Notes: generated by a model from the letters alone, not told the origin. A stretch of DNA of 50,618 nucleotides from Actinomycetota bacterium (GCA_052388025.1 JBQTIP010000149.1:1-50618); one strand, 5' to 3'. Counted from the stretch's first letter, positions 1 to 8,955 are shown. Numbers and translations are program-made.

Positions 1-120
1 CTGTTCCTCGCTTCAGACGAGGCCTCGTTCGTTACCGGCGCCGCGCTGATCGCCGACGGCGGGTCGATGGCGGTCGATGCCGGAGGCCTCGCATTCGACC
101 TGCCGGAGGAGCGCGGATGA
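1..120 (+). CDS. SDR-family oxidoreductase, C-terminal end (runs off window)
   Basis: Frame 1 reads LFLASDEASFVTGAALIADGG...*, the typical SDR C-terminal motif; TGA at 118-120. Confidence 0.85.
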   Translation: MFLASDEASFVTGAALIADGGSMAVDAGGLAFDLPEERG

Positions 121-251
121 GCTTCACGGGGACTTGGCTCCCGCCGCTGTGGCCCAAGAGTGAACCGCCGGAGCCGTTGAGCCGCAAGCCGGTGCCCGGT
201 TTGCCCTGGTGGGAGGGACAGGACGAAGTTCAAACCGCCTCGACCATCTGA
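117..251 (+). CDS. 44-aa small ORF or gene remnant coupled to the SDR gene
   Basis: ATGA overlap with the SDR stop and GGAGGAG just upstream; reads MSFTGTWLPPLWPK...; no recognisable domain. Confidence 0.3.
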   Translation: MSFTGTWLPPLWPKSEPPEPLSRKPVPGLPWWEGQDEVQTASTI

Positions 252-441
252 AACGCTTGCTCGCCAATTCGCCGGTTCGCCTGTGAAAGCTGGATACTGC
301 GGGCCCCTCACGAGCCGGCTCCAGGCCGTCTGACTCGCTCAGCTCACGGCGAGGCCACTCAGCTCACGATAAAGCCTGCTCGCATCCCGTCGCCGTGGTG
401 GGCCGGTAGGTTGCAGATGCTTCGGAGTAGCCTGTCGAGCC

Positions 442-540
442 GTGAACGAGCCCATTCGCTAGGCGATCAACGGAGATGTGCATATCGCCTATCAAGTCGT
501 CGGGGAAGGCCGCATCGACCTGGTCTATACCCCGGGGAAG
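442..540 (+). pseudogene. N-terminal remnant of an alpha/beta-hydrolase (LipJ-like hydrolase-cyclase/regulator type)
   Basis: Reads VNEPIR*AINGDVHIAYQVVGEGRIDLVYTPG, matching the 'RYA..GDVHIAYQV.G.GP.DLV..PG' N-terminus; in-frame TAG at 460-462; ends at an IS21 end sequence. Confidence 0.75.
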
Positions 541-567
541 GTGGTCCCTAGTTTCTGGCGGGCGACA
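536..567 (-). repeat. Orphan IS21-family left-end fragment (32 bp)
   Basis: ggaaggtggtccctagtttctggcgggcgaca is identical to 11035-11066, in the same orientation; begins TGT on the minus strand. Confidence 0.9.
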
Positions 568-569
568 CG

Positions 570-1040
570 GCAGCTGGTCTGGCGCTCCTGACAGTCATTC
601 TGTGGAGGCGGAGTGAGCGGATAATGTCTTCCACGGGTCTCGCTGCTTTCCTGGTTGGGGTGATCGCGTGGGGTTCCGCGACGTCTCAAAGAGCACCTCT
701 TGGCTCGACAGTTCTTGTTCAGATCGCCGCCGTCCTTGGTACCTGGGGTGACTCCCTCGGGGTGCTGAACGGGTTGCTCCCCTTGGCCTCGCTCGTGCTG
801 TTCAGCCTCGCTCTCGTCAGGGCTGGGCTGATGCGGCCCTGGCTTGGCCGGGCCGTAGTTGGCTGGGGAGTAGTCAACATAGGGATCGTCCTGATCCTGC
901 GTGGGACCGGACCGGTCGTGATCTACGTGATGACGCTGCTCATCGGCGTCGTGCTGATGGTCGGACGGATGGCACCCGACCAGGGGCGCTCGAGGCGCAC
1001 GCGCCTTCGGCCGTCCAGGCCGAGTTCGGTTGCAAACTGA
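570..1040 (+). pseudogene. 5'-truncated multi-pass membrane protein
   Basis: The hydrophobic frame of ORF 624-1040 stays open upstream (AAGLALLTVILWRRSERI-MSST...) to the IS21 end at 567, so the true start appears lost. Confidence 0.55.
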
Positions 1041-1220
1041 TCGGCCGGCGCTCTAAAGCCACGAGCTGGAGCTCGCCAGAGACGAGGGGCGATGTACGTA
1101 AGGGTCGAATCGGCCCCCCGAGTTAAACCGCGACAAGCCCGGGCAGAGTCGCAGGGCCCGACTCGTGAGAATCCGTAGCAACTCAGTCCCGAGGTCTGGC
1201 TGGATGTCCAGGCAGAAATG

Positions 1221-1246
1221 TGTCCCGCGTGTGTCCCGCGATGGAC
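1221..1246 (+). repeat. Putative integrase arm-type sites, junction 1
   Basis: tgtcccgcgtg-tgtcccgcg-atggac (11-bp period), 129 bp upstream of the tRNA fragment; homologous block at 7103-7128. Confidence 0.6.
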
Positions 1247-1348
1247 TGCAAAGGTTTGCGAAGCGTCGGGCAGTGCCGGGTAATCGAAACTGCTGGTCAG
1301 GGCCACGCTCAGCCGATTTCCCCTGATCCCCGAGCCGGGCCGGATCAA

Positions 1349-1393
1349 ACTCATAATCCGCCGGTCGGAGGTTCGAGTCCTCCCCGCCCCACC
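1349..1393 (+). tRNA. 3' half of tRNA(CAT), probably Ile2; att-core remnant 1 (not a full gene)
   Basis: CTCATAA loop, GGAGG-TTCGAGT-CCTCC T arm and CCGCCCC-A-CC acceptor strand; no 5' half. 1349-1398 is identical to 7230-7279 (50 bp). Lacks the initiator GGG/CCC anticodon stem. Confidence 0.85.
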
Positions 1394-1437
1394 GCGATCT
1401 GTCGTGTTCCGGGTGATGCTGGTCACTCCGGCGTCAC

Positions 1438-1522
1438 CTGATCCTTGACACCGGCTCCGGCTGATCCTTGACACCGGCTCCGGCTGATCGTTGACGGTGG
1501 CTTCGGCTGATGGTTGACGGTG
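1438..1522 (+). repeat. Four tandem 23-bp subterminal repeats of IS481 element 1
   Basis: ctgatccttgacaccggctccgg-like units start at 1438, 1461, 1484 and 1507 and resemble the IR core. Confidence 0.85.
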
Positions 1523-1576
1523 CCCACCTGCCCGGTCTCCTTGTCTCGGCCCCGGTCGAGCGGGAGGAGGTGGGCC

Positions 1577-2776
1577 GTGCTGGTGGAGCTTTCGGTCATG
1601 GAGCAGCGGTACCAGGCCGTCCTCGCGATGGTACAGGATGAATGGAAGGTCACCGAGGTCGCCCGTCGCCTCGGGGTCTCCCGCCAGAGCGTCCACAACT
1701 GGATCGCCCGCTACGAGGCCGGCGGACTGGCCGCGCTCGCCGATCGCTCCCACCGTCCGAGCAGCTGCCCGCACCAAACCGACCCCGAGACCGAGGCGTC
1801 CATCTGCGAGCTCCGCCGCGAGCACCCGGGTGAGGGCCCCGGCGGATCGAGCACCAGCTCGCGAGGTCAGGCGTGGATCCGGTCCCGTCCCGTTCGGGGA
1901 TCTACCGGTGCCTGCGCCGCCACCGCCTGATCGAGCTGCGACGGCGCCGAAAGCGCCGCGAGGAGTTCCGCCGCTTCGAGCGTGAGCGTCCCATGCAGCT
2001 TTGGCAGATGGACGTCATGGGCGGCGTCGCGCTCGAGGACGGGACCGAGGCCAAGGTGGTGACCGGGTTAGACGACCACAGCCGCTTCTGCGTGGCCGCC
2101 GGCCTGGTCGCCCGAGCCACCTCCAAGGCCGTCTGCGAGGTGTTCGCTGCCTCGCTTTCCCGCTACGGCATCCCCGACGAGATCTTGACCGACAACGGCA
2201 AGTGCTTCACCGGGCGCTTTGGACCCCAGCCCGTGGAGGTCATGTTCGACCGGATCTGCCGGGACAACGGGATCTCCCACCGGCACACCGTGTGCGCTCG
2301 CCGACCACCACCGGCAAGATCGAGCGGTTCCACCAGAGCCTGCGACGCGAGTTCCTGGCTGGCAGGACCTTCGCCTCGCTCGAGGCCGCCCAGGCCGAGC
2401 TGGGCGACTGGGTGGTCGACTACAACACCCAGAGGCCGCACCAGGCCCTGGACATGGCCACACCGGCCGAGCGGTTCGGCCTGACGCCGCTTGCCAAGAA
2501 CCCCGTCTCCGTTCCGGTCGACGCCGCCGAGGACCACCCCGGTCAGTGGGTGCTCCGCCGGGTCGCCTCCAACGGCCTGGTCTCCGTGGACAACCAGATG
2601 TTCTCCGTCGGCAACGCGTACAAGGCCGAGCTCGTCGACGTGTTCGTCGACGACACCACGATCCAGGTCTGGAGCAAGAACCACCTGATTCAAGACGGTG
2701 GCAAGGTCACGGACGGGGCGGGTCCGCAAGGTCCGAGCCGACGGCCTGCACGTCAAGCATCAGCCGGAACTTGACA
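1577..2776 (+). pseudogene. IS481-family transposase with three frameshifts
   Basis: GGAGGAGG then GTG (VLVELSVMEQRY). HTH, WQMD, LTDNG and TTGKIER motifs are split over frames, with breaks near 1830 (HPGWG), 2290 (HTGVRSP) and 2689 (HLIKT). Confidence 0.9.
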
Positions 2777-3073
2777 CGCCCCATTGCCAAGATGCAGCTC
2801 ACGAGGGGTACGGCTCGGCCCCCGTAGGGCCGCGCAAGCAGGAGTCGTCCCGTCGGCCGTCACGAAGAGAGCTCGATTGTTCGTAGTGGCGCTGACAAAT
2901 AGGGTCTACGGTCTGGGTCCCAGTTGTGAGGGGCAAGCCTGTCGTTGTGTCCAGTGGCCTCCACGCATGGTCGGCGCTGCATCGAGTTCGAGACATTACC
3001 CGCGGACCTTCCTGCGCAGGAGAGAGACGGACAGAATGGCCGGGTGAAGGGGGGTACCACGAAAGACAAGGTC

Positions 3074-6000
3074 ATGCGCGAGGAGCGCAAGGTCGTCACG
3101 GCGCTGTTCGCCGACATCGTCGGCTCCACTGCGCTTGGCGAGCGGTTCGATCCCGAGGACGTTGTTGAGATCGTCGGTCGGGCCCTGTCTCGGATGGTCG
3201 AGGTAGTCGAGGAGTTCGGGGGTACGGTCAAAGATTTGGCCGGCGACGGCCTTCTCGCGTTATTCGGAGCCCCCCAGGCGCACGAGGACGACCCCGAGCG
3301 GGCCGTCCGGGCGGGGATGCGGATGGTCGAGGCCATCCAGGCGCACGCCGCCGAGGTCCGGCACGAGTGGGACGTCCGGGAGTTTGGCGTCCGTGTGGGT
3401 ATCGAGACGGGCCTCGCCGTGCTTGGTGCCGTGGGAGGCGGGTCGCGTGTGGAATACGGAGCGACCGGCGATGCGCTCAACACCGCGGCCCGGCTGCAGG
3501 CGCACGCGGAGCCGCTTACGGTCCTCGTGGGTCCGACGACCCACCGTCTGATCGAGCCGATCTTCCAGTGGGGCGATCCGCGCCATCTCGAGATGAAGGG
3601 GAAGGCCGAGCCGGTCCCCGCCTTCGAGGTGACCGGATTCCGGGCCGAACCCGGGAAGCTCCGAAGTCCGGTGGGCGTGACGACGCCGCTTGTCGGCCGC
3701 GACGCCGAGCTCCGGGCCGCGCAGGACGCCGGAAAGGCCGTGCTGGCAGGGCGCGGCGGCATCCTGTTCGTGATCGGCGAGCCAGGGCTCGGGAAGACCC
3801 GCCTTCTCTCCGAGTTCCGGGACCTCGTGTGCGCCGAGTGCCCGGTCACCTGGCTCGAGGGGAGATGCGTCTCGTACGGGCAGGCCGTCCCGTACTGGCC
3901 CTTTCGGGATCTGCTCCGTGGATGGCTTGCCGCCGGAGTCGTCGATCCTCTGGATCGTCTCAGCGACGATCTGTCGGGGCGCATCCGTGCGCTCTTCGAC
4001 GGAAAGTCCGATGAGATCCTTCCCTACCTGGCGTCGATGCTCGGCCTTCCCCTCGACGCCGACGCGGAGCGGGAGCTCGACGCGTTGTCGCCGGAAGCTC
4101 GCCACTTCCGGACGACAGAGGCAGTACGCGCGCTGATCCGCCGCCTCGCTGAGGACGGCCCTGTGATCGTCGCGGTGGAGGACCTGCACTGGGCCGACGC
4201 CACGTCCATACAGCTCCTGGAGCGGCTGTTCCCGCTCGCGGAAGCCGAGCGGGCGCTGCTCGTCGCCTCCCTCCGACCGGAGCCCGACCATCCGTCCTGG
4301 CGTCTCCACCGTCAGGCCGCGCTTCAACATCCCAGGCGGGTCCACGTCCTCATGCTGGAGGGCCTGCCTGCTGGCGCCGATCGACAGCTGCTCGATGCAT
4401 TAATCGGTCATGGCACGCTGCCCGGTGATGTGGAGCGGCGCATCATCGATACCGCCGAGGGCAACCCGTTCTACCTGGAGGAGCTCGTTCGGTCGCTGAT
4501 CGACGACGATGCGTTGGTGGCCGAGGAGGGCGGGTGGCGCTTCGAGCACGGCACCGCCGTGGACATCCCGCCGACGGTGGAGCGGCTCATCATCTCCCGG
4601 ATCGACCGCCTGTCGCCGGCCGCCCGCGACACGATCCAGGCCGCATCGGTGCTAGGGAAGCAGTTCGGGCGGGAGCTTCTGGAGGCTGTGGCAGGCGGCG
4701 ACGGCGCCCTGTCCGAGGCTCTCAGCGAGCTCCGGTTCGTGGACCTCCTTCGTGAGGAGGCGGCGTCCGAGTACCGCTTCAAGCACGCTCTGATCCAGGA
4801 GGCCGCGTACAGCAACATGCTGAAGCGCCGGCGTCGGGAGCTGCACGCACGGGCTGCCGACGCGCTCGAATCGCTGTTCGGCGACCACCTCGAGCCGTAC
4901 TACGCAGTCCTCGCGCAGCACTATCGGAGCGCGGGCCGGCTACAGGAAGCCATTCGGTACTTCGAGCTCGCGGCAACAAGTGCCCGGCGCGTGTACGCAG
5001 TCGAGGCGGCGCTCGACCACTACACGGCCGCGCTCGAGATCGCGGAGTCGCTTGGCTTGGACCGAACCGCGCAGCTTCTACTCCTCCGAGGGCAAGTGCG
5101 GGGCCAGGCCGGGCAGTTGGCAGGCGGGAGGCAAGACTTTGAGCTGGCGCTCGGGGCGGCACGCGCGAACGCGGATCGGACGCTTGAAGTCGAAGCCATG
5201 AGCGAGCTGGGTTTCCTCCTAGCCGGTGCCGTGAACTACAGGGAGTCGCTGCCGCTCCTGGAACAGTCGCTGGCCGCCGCGAAGGCGATCGGGCTGCGCG
5301 AGGCTCAGGTGGCCGCTGCGTCGCGGCTCTCGATCGTCTACACGAATCTGCTTCGCCTGGATCTCGCAGTGGACCGGGCGCACCGAGCATGGGCCTTGGC
5401 CCGGGAGATCGGGGATGACCGGTCCGTGGCCATGGCCATGGATGCTCTGCAGGTCGCGTCGGTGATGGTAGGCGACATGGCGACCGTGGACGAGGTGTCC
5501 GCGCCGCTCATCGAGATCCACAGGCAGCGCGGCGACCTGTGGTACCTGCAGTTCGCACTGTTCCAGTGGGCCTGGGTGGACATGGCGGCGGGACGGTGGG
5601 ACGCGGCCGAGCGGCTCTTCTCCGAAGGACTGGCCGTGAACCAGCAGATCGGTGACCGAGCCAACGAGCCGGTCTTCCGTGCCACCCTCACATGGGTCGC
5701 TCGGGCTCGGGGCCAGTATGGGCGGGCAATCGAGCTCGGCCGGCGCGCAATCGAGCTTGCCTCGGAGGTCGGTCACGCTGAGTTCCTGTCGTGGGCGGCG
5801 GAGCTTCTTGGCTGGACACTGCTTGAGGTGTTCGCCGTCTCCGAGGCGGTGGACCAGCTCGAAAGCTCCCTCCAGGCGGCGGAGGAAGCCGGTGCCCGTA
5901 TCGAGGTGATCCGGGCGGCCTGCCACCTACCGCTCGCCCGCTGGTTGGCCGGCCGGGAACGCGCGCTGGAGGAGGCGGCCACGGCGGAGCGCCTCGTCGG

Positions 6001-6454
6001 CGAGATTACGGCACCACCGGGCCGGGTCTACCTGCAGGGGGCGGACGGACCGATCGCCCTAGCGACGTTCTACGGAGCCGCAGGGGATCCGTCGCGGGCC
6101 CTCGATCTCGCCGGGCCCGTTCTGAACGCCGCCATGGCGGCAGAGTGGCATGAGCTGGTGGCCGGGGCGGCGCTCGCCGTAGGCCGCGCCAAGGCCCGGC
6201 TGGACGACCCGGCCGGAGCGCGGGAGGCGCTCGAGACGGCCGCCGAACGGGCGGAGCGCTTCCAAATCCCCGGGCTGGCCTGGCGGGCCCATGCGCAGCT
6301 GGCCGCCATCGGGCCGCGCGCCGCGCGGCCGAGTCACGACGCCCGGGCGCGAGAACTCGTCGAAGCCTTGTCCCGATCGATCGAGGATGCGAGAATCCGG
6401 CGAACGTTCCTCGAAGGGGCGACGGAGCGGCTGTCGGGAGGTGGCGCGGAATGA
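3074..6454 (+). CDS. Class III nucleotide cyclase + STAND-like AAA NTPase + TPR-like repeat protein
   Basis: FADIVGST, AGD, GIETG and NTAAR cyclase motifs; Walker A GEPGLGKT; Walker B VAVEDLHWAD; GNPFY; FKHALIQEAAY; long Ala/Leu helical C-terminus. Start taken as ATG 3074 (ORF is open from 2945). Confidence 0.9.
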   Translation: MREERKVVTALFADIVGSTALGERFDPEDVVEIVGRALSRMVEVVEEFGGTVKDLAGDGLLALFGAPQAHEDDPERAVRAGMRMVEAIQAHAAEVRHEWDVREFGVRVGIETGLAVLGAVGGGSRVEYGATGDALNTAARLQAHAEPLTVLVGPTTHRLIEPIFQWGDPRHLEMKGKAEPVPAFEVTGFRAEPGKLRSPVGVTTPLVGRDAELRAAQDAGKAVLAGRGGILFVIGEPGLGKTRLLSEFRDLVCAECPVTWLEGRCVSYGQAVPYWPFRDLLRGWLAAGVVDPLDRLSDDLSGRIRALFDGKSDEILPYLASMLGLPLDADAERELDALSPEARHFRTTEAVRALIRRLAEDGPVIVAVEDLHWADATSIQLLERLFPLAEAERALLVASLRPEPDHPSWRLHRQAALQHPRRVHVLMLEGLPAGADRQLLDALIGHGTLPGDVERRIIDTAEGNPFYLEELVRSLIDDDALVAEEGGWRFEHGTAVDIPPTVERLIISRIDRLSPAARDTIQAASVLGKQFGRELLEAVAGGDGALSEALSELRFVDLLREEAASEYRFKHALIQEAAYSNMLKRRRRELHARAADALESLFGDHLEPYYAVLAQHYRSAGRLQEAIRYFELAATSARRVYAVEAALDHYTAALEIAESLGLDRTAQLLLLRGQVRGQAGQLAGGRQDFELALGAARANADRTLEVEAMSELGFLLAGAVNYRESLPLLEQSLAAAKAIGLREAQVAAASRLSIVYTNLLRLDLAVDRAHRAWALAREIGDDRSVAMAMDALQVASVMVGDMATVDEVSAPLIEIHRQRGDLWYLQFALFQWAWVDMAAGRWDAAERLFSEGLAVNQQIGDRANEPVFRATLTWVARARGQYGRAIELGRRAIELASEVGHAEFLSWAAELLGWTLLEVFAVSEAVDQLESSLQAAEEAGARIEVIRAACHLPLARWLAGRERALEEAATAERLVGEITAPPGRVYLQGADGPIALATFYGAAGDPSRALDLAGPVLNAAMAAEWHELVAGAALAVGRAKARLDDPAGAREALETAAERAERFQIPGLAWRAHAQLAAIGPRAARPSHDARARELVEALSRSIEDARIRRTFLEGATERLSGGGAE

Positions 6455-6876
6455 AGGTGGCGGGCGTCCACCATGTCACGTTTCGGAGCCAGGATCCGTT
6501 GGCCGCGCGGCGATTCTATGAGGAGGTGGTCGGCCTGGAGTTCATGGAGATCCCGGTCTCCGGAGAAGTCACGTCGATCTGGAAGGGGGCCCCCGCCGCG
6601 GGCGTGTTCCTTGCGACGCAGGTTGGGACCACCTTCCTCGTGATCGCGCCGCCGCTCGAGGGAACGGCCGAGGACGATCGGTTCAGTGAGTACCGTGTCG
6701 GCTTAGACCACCTCGCGTTCGCGGTCGAGGATCGCGAAGAGCTCGATTCGCTCGTGGAGCGGCTGCGGGGCGCAGGCGTCGAAACCCAGGGGGTGGAGAC
6801 CGACGTCGTGCTGGGCAAGGAATACGTCGCGTTCCGGGACCCCGATAACGTCCAGTTGGAGGCCTACATGGTGTAG
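6451..6876 (+). CDS. VOC/glyoxalase-family protein
   Basis: VHHV...GLDHLAFAV...FRDPDNVQLE motifs; ATGA overlap with the upstream gene. Confidence 0.9.
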   Translation: MKVAGVHHVTFRSQDPLAARRFYEEVVGLEFMEIPVSGEVTSIWKGAPAAGVFLATQVGTTFLVIAPPLEGTAEDDRFSEYRVGLDHLAFAVEDREELDSLVERLRGAGVETQGVETDVVLGKEYVAFRDPDNVQLEAYMV

Positions 6877-7102
6877 GCGGGATCTCCCATTTCACCACAC
6901 GCTGCCGAACAGCCCGCGTCGATTCCTGAACGACGCTCCGCAGGAGGAGCGGCCGCGTCGCCGACGATCGACAGTCCACCCCGAAGAGCCTTCGGCCCCA
7001 CGAGGATAGTGAGCTAGTAGACTCCTCAGACTGGACAACCGACGGGTCGCGAGCTGTTCTCCGAACCTGCCGCGACCGTTGTTACGAACTACGACAATGG
7101 CC

Positions 7103-7128
7103 TGTCCCGCATCTGCCCCGCGATGGAC
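7103..7128 (+). repeat. Putative integrase arm-type sites, junction 2
   Basis: tgtcccgcatc-tgccccgcg-atggac, 128 bp upstream of the second tRNA fragment; gaagcgtcggg is also shared with junction 1. Confidence 0.6.
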
Positions 7129-7226
7129 CGGGAAATGACGGGAACAGACGAGAAGCGTCGGGAAGGGAATCCGCTGCTCAGTGGCGATCTCGGGCCCGAT
7201 GCCGCAGGTCCAGAGAGTGGCTGGAT

Positions 7227-7274
7227 CGGACTCATAATCCGCCGGTCGGAGGTTCGAGTCCTCCCCGCCCCACC
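7227..7274 (+). tRNA. 3' half of tRNA(CAT), probably Ile2; att-core remnant 2
   Basis: CGGA-CTCATAA-TCCG anticodon arm, T arm and acceptor 3' strand; no D arm or 5' acceptor strand upstream. Confidence 0.85.
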
Positions 7275-7293
7275 GCGATGTCAACGACGGTCG

Positions 7294-8955
7294 TGTGAAG
7301 CTCCGGCACCTCTGTCCCACATCGGCTCCGGCACCTGTGTCCCACTTCGCGACCCGGCTCCGGCTCCTGGGCGACAGTGGCTCCGGCACCTGTGTCCCAC
7401 CGATCCCACTTCCGGTCCGATCCTGATCTTCACTTGCGCCCAACAGGGACAAGGGGGATCTCGGCATGCTGCAGGAGCTGTCGGTGGTTGAGCAGCGCTA
7501 CCTTGCGGTCAGAGAGGTGCTGGACGGTGCCAAGGTCACCGACGTCGCCACCCGCTACGGGGTCGATCGGCGGACCGTCCACCGGTGGCTCGTCCGCTAC
7601 GCCACCGAGGGCCTGGGAGCCCTCGCCGACCGAAGCTCCCGGTCCGACCGCTGCCGCCACCAGACCCCGCCGGAGATCGAGGCCAGGATCGTGGCCCTTC
7701 GCCGGGCCCATCCGGGCTGGGGCCCCCGAACGATCCTTTCCAAGCTCCGCCGGGAGCTCGAGCAGCCTCCTTCTCGCTCCTCGATCTACCGGTGCCTTCT
7801 CCGCCACCGCCTGATCGACCCCAAGCCCCGCCGGCGCCGGGCCAAGGACTACCGCCGCTGGGAGCGCTCCCGACCGATGGAGCTGTGGCAGATGGACGTG
7901 ATGGGCGAGGTGATGCTCGCAGGTGGCACCCAGCTCAAGGCGATCACCGGGATCGACGACCACTCCCGGTTCTGCGTGATCGCCAAGGTCGTCCACCGGG
8001 CCACGGCAAGACCGGTGTGCGAGGCGCTCCTTGAGGCGCTGTCCCGCCACGGCGTGCCCGAGCAGATCCTGACCGACAATGCCAAGGTCTTCACCGCACG
8101 GCTCGCCCACACCCCCACCATCGTGGCCTTCGACCGGATCTGCCTCGCCAACGGCATCCGCCACATCCTCACCGCCCCCTACTCGCCCACGACCACCGGC
8201 AAGATCGAGCGGCTGCACAAGACGATCCGAAAGGAGCTGCTCTCAGAGAGCACCTTCACCACGATCGAGCAGGCCCAGGCCGAGCTGGATGCCTGGGTCG
8301 CCCGCCACAACCGTGAGCGGGAACACCAGGCGATCGGGGACGTGCCCCCTGCCAGACGCTTTGAGCTCGTGCAGCGATCACCCGCTGAAGTTGTCGATCC
8401 CGATGAGGCACCCGAGGAGTCGCAATCGAACAGCCCCAAGGTCGGGCGCAAGGTCGACCGCGCCGGGCGCATCAGCATCCTGAAGCACCGCTACCACGTC
8501 GGCCGGCACCTGGCCGGCCGCAGGGTGACCGTGGAGTCCGCAGGTGGGCTGCTGCACGTCAGCCACGAAGGAGTCATCGTCGCCACGCATGCCCGACGGC
8601 ACCTGGCAGAAGATGACGAGCGGATGGACCGACGAGCCAAGGCGTCGCGCCCCTCACCTCCAACGGCCGGAGAGGAGGTTCTTCGCAAGGTCGATCCGTC
8701 GGGCTCGGTCAGCTTCGCCGGGGCTGGCTACCGCGTCGGCAACCGCTTCATCGGACAGGTCGTCGGCGTCCGCGTGGTCGCTGACACCATCCAGATCACC
8801 CAGGACGGAGTGCTGCTCCGAACCCACCGAGCTCGCCACGACAAGAGCAAGGAGTTCGGAGCCCTCGCCAACCCTGGCGGCAGACCCAGGAGGAGCGCTC
8901 AGGATGTCGCATAGGTACCGGAGCCATTCCGGGACACGGGTACTGAGACTTCACA
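7294..8955 (+). mobile_element. IS481-family element 2 (apparently intact)
   Basis: Ends TGTGAAGCTCCGGCACC... and ...GGTACTGAGACTTCACA; four ctccggcacctgtgtccca-like units at 7300-7400 and two inverted ones at the right end; no target duplication seen. Confidence 0.9.
7466..8914 (+). CDS. IS481-family DDE transposase, 482 aa
   Basis: ELSVVEQRY N-terminus, HTH, HPGWG, WQMD, LTDN and TTGKIER; duplicated C-terminal beta domain. Confidence 0.93.
   Translation: MLQELSVVEQRYLAVREVLDGAKVTDVATRYGVDRRTVHRWLVRYATEGLGALADRSSRSDRCRHQTPPEIEARIVALRRAHPGWGPRTILSKLRRELEQPPSRSSIYRCLLRHRLIDPKPRRRRAKDYRRWERSRPMELWQMDVMGEVMLAGGTQLKAITGIDDHSRFCVIAKVVHRATARPVCEALLEALSRHGVPEQILTDNAKVFTARLAHTPTIVAFDRICLANGIRHILTAPYSPTTTGKIERLHKTIRKELLSESTFTTIEQAQAELDAWVARHNREREHQAIGDVPPARRFELVQRSPAEVVDPDEAPEESQSNSPKVGRKVDRAGRISILKHRYHVGRHLAGRRVTVESAGGLLHVSHEGVIVATHARRHLAEDDERMDRRAKASRPSPPTAGEEVLRKVDPSGSVSFAGAGYRVGNRFIGQVVGVRVVADTIQITQDGVLLRTHRARHDKSKEFGALANPGGRPRRSAQDVA

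Larger units (their letters stand above)
1400..2776 (+). mobile_element. IS481-family element 1 (defective)
   Basis: Imperfect terminal IRs TGTCGTGTTCCGGGTGATGCTGG / TGTCAAGTTCCGGCTGATGCTTG (reverse complement of right end) enclose a broken transposase; no clean target duplication. Confidence 0.88.

Noticed and set aside
460-462. In-frame TAG as recoding (pyrrolysine or readthrough)
   Set aside because: The gene is truncated about 25 codons later and no pyl genes are present; a TAC-to-TAG mutation explains it.
1349-1393. Intact tRNA-Met/Ile genes at 1349 and 7227
   Set aside because: There is no 5' acceptor strand or D arm upstream of either copy.
1438-1522. Short repeat arrays (also 7300-7400) as CRISPR
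   Set aside because: The units abut with no unique spacers, match the IS terminal repeats, and no cas genes are present.
1577-2776. Programmed frameshifting in IS481 element 1
   Set aside because: There are three separate indels without slippery motifs, plus a probable TGG-to-TGA change; the core genes have no frameshifts, so decay is the simplest explanation.
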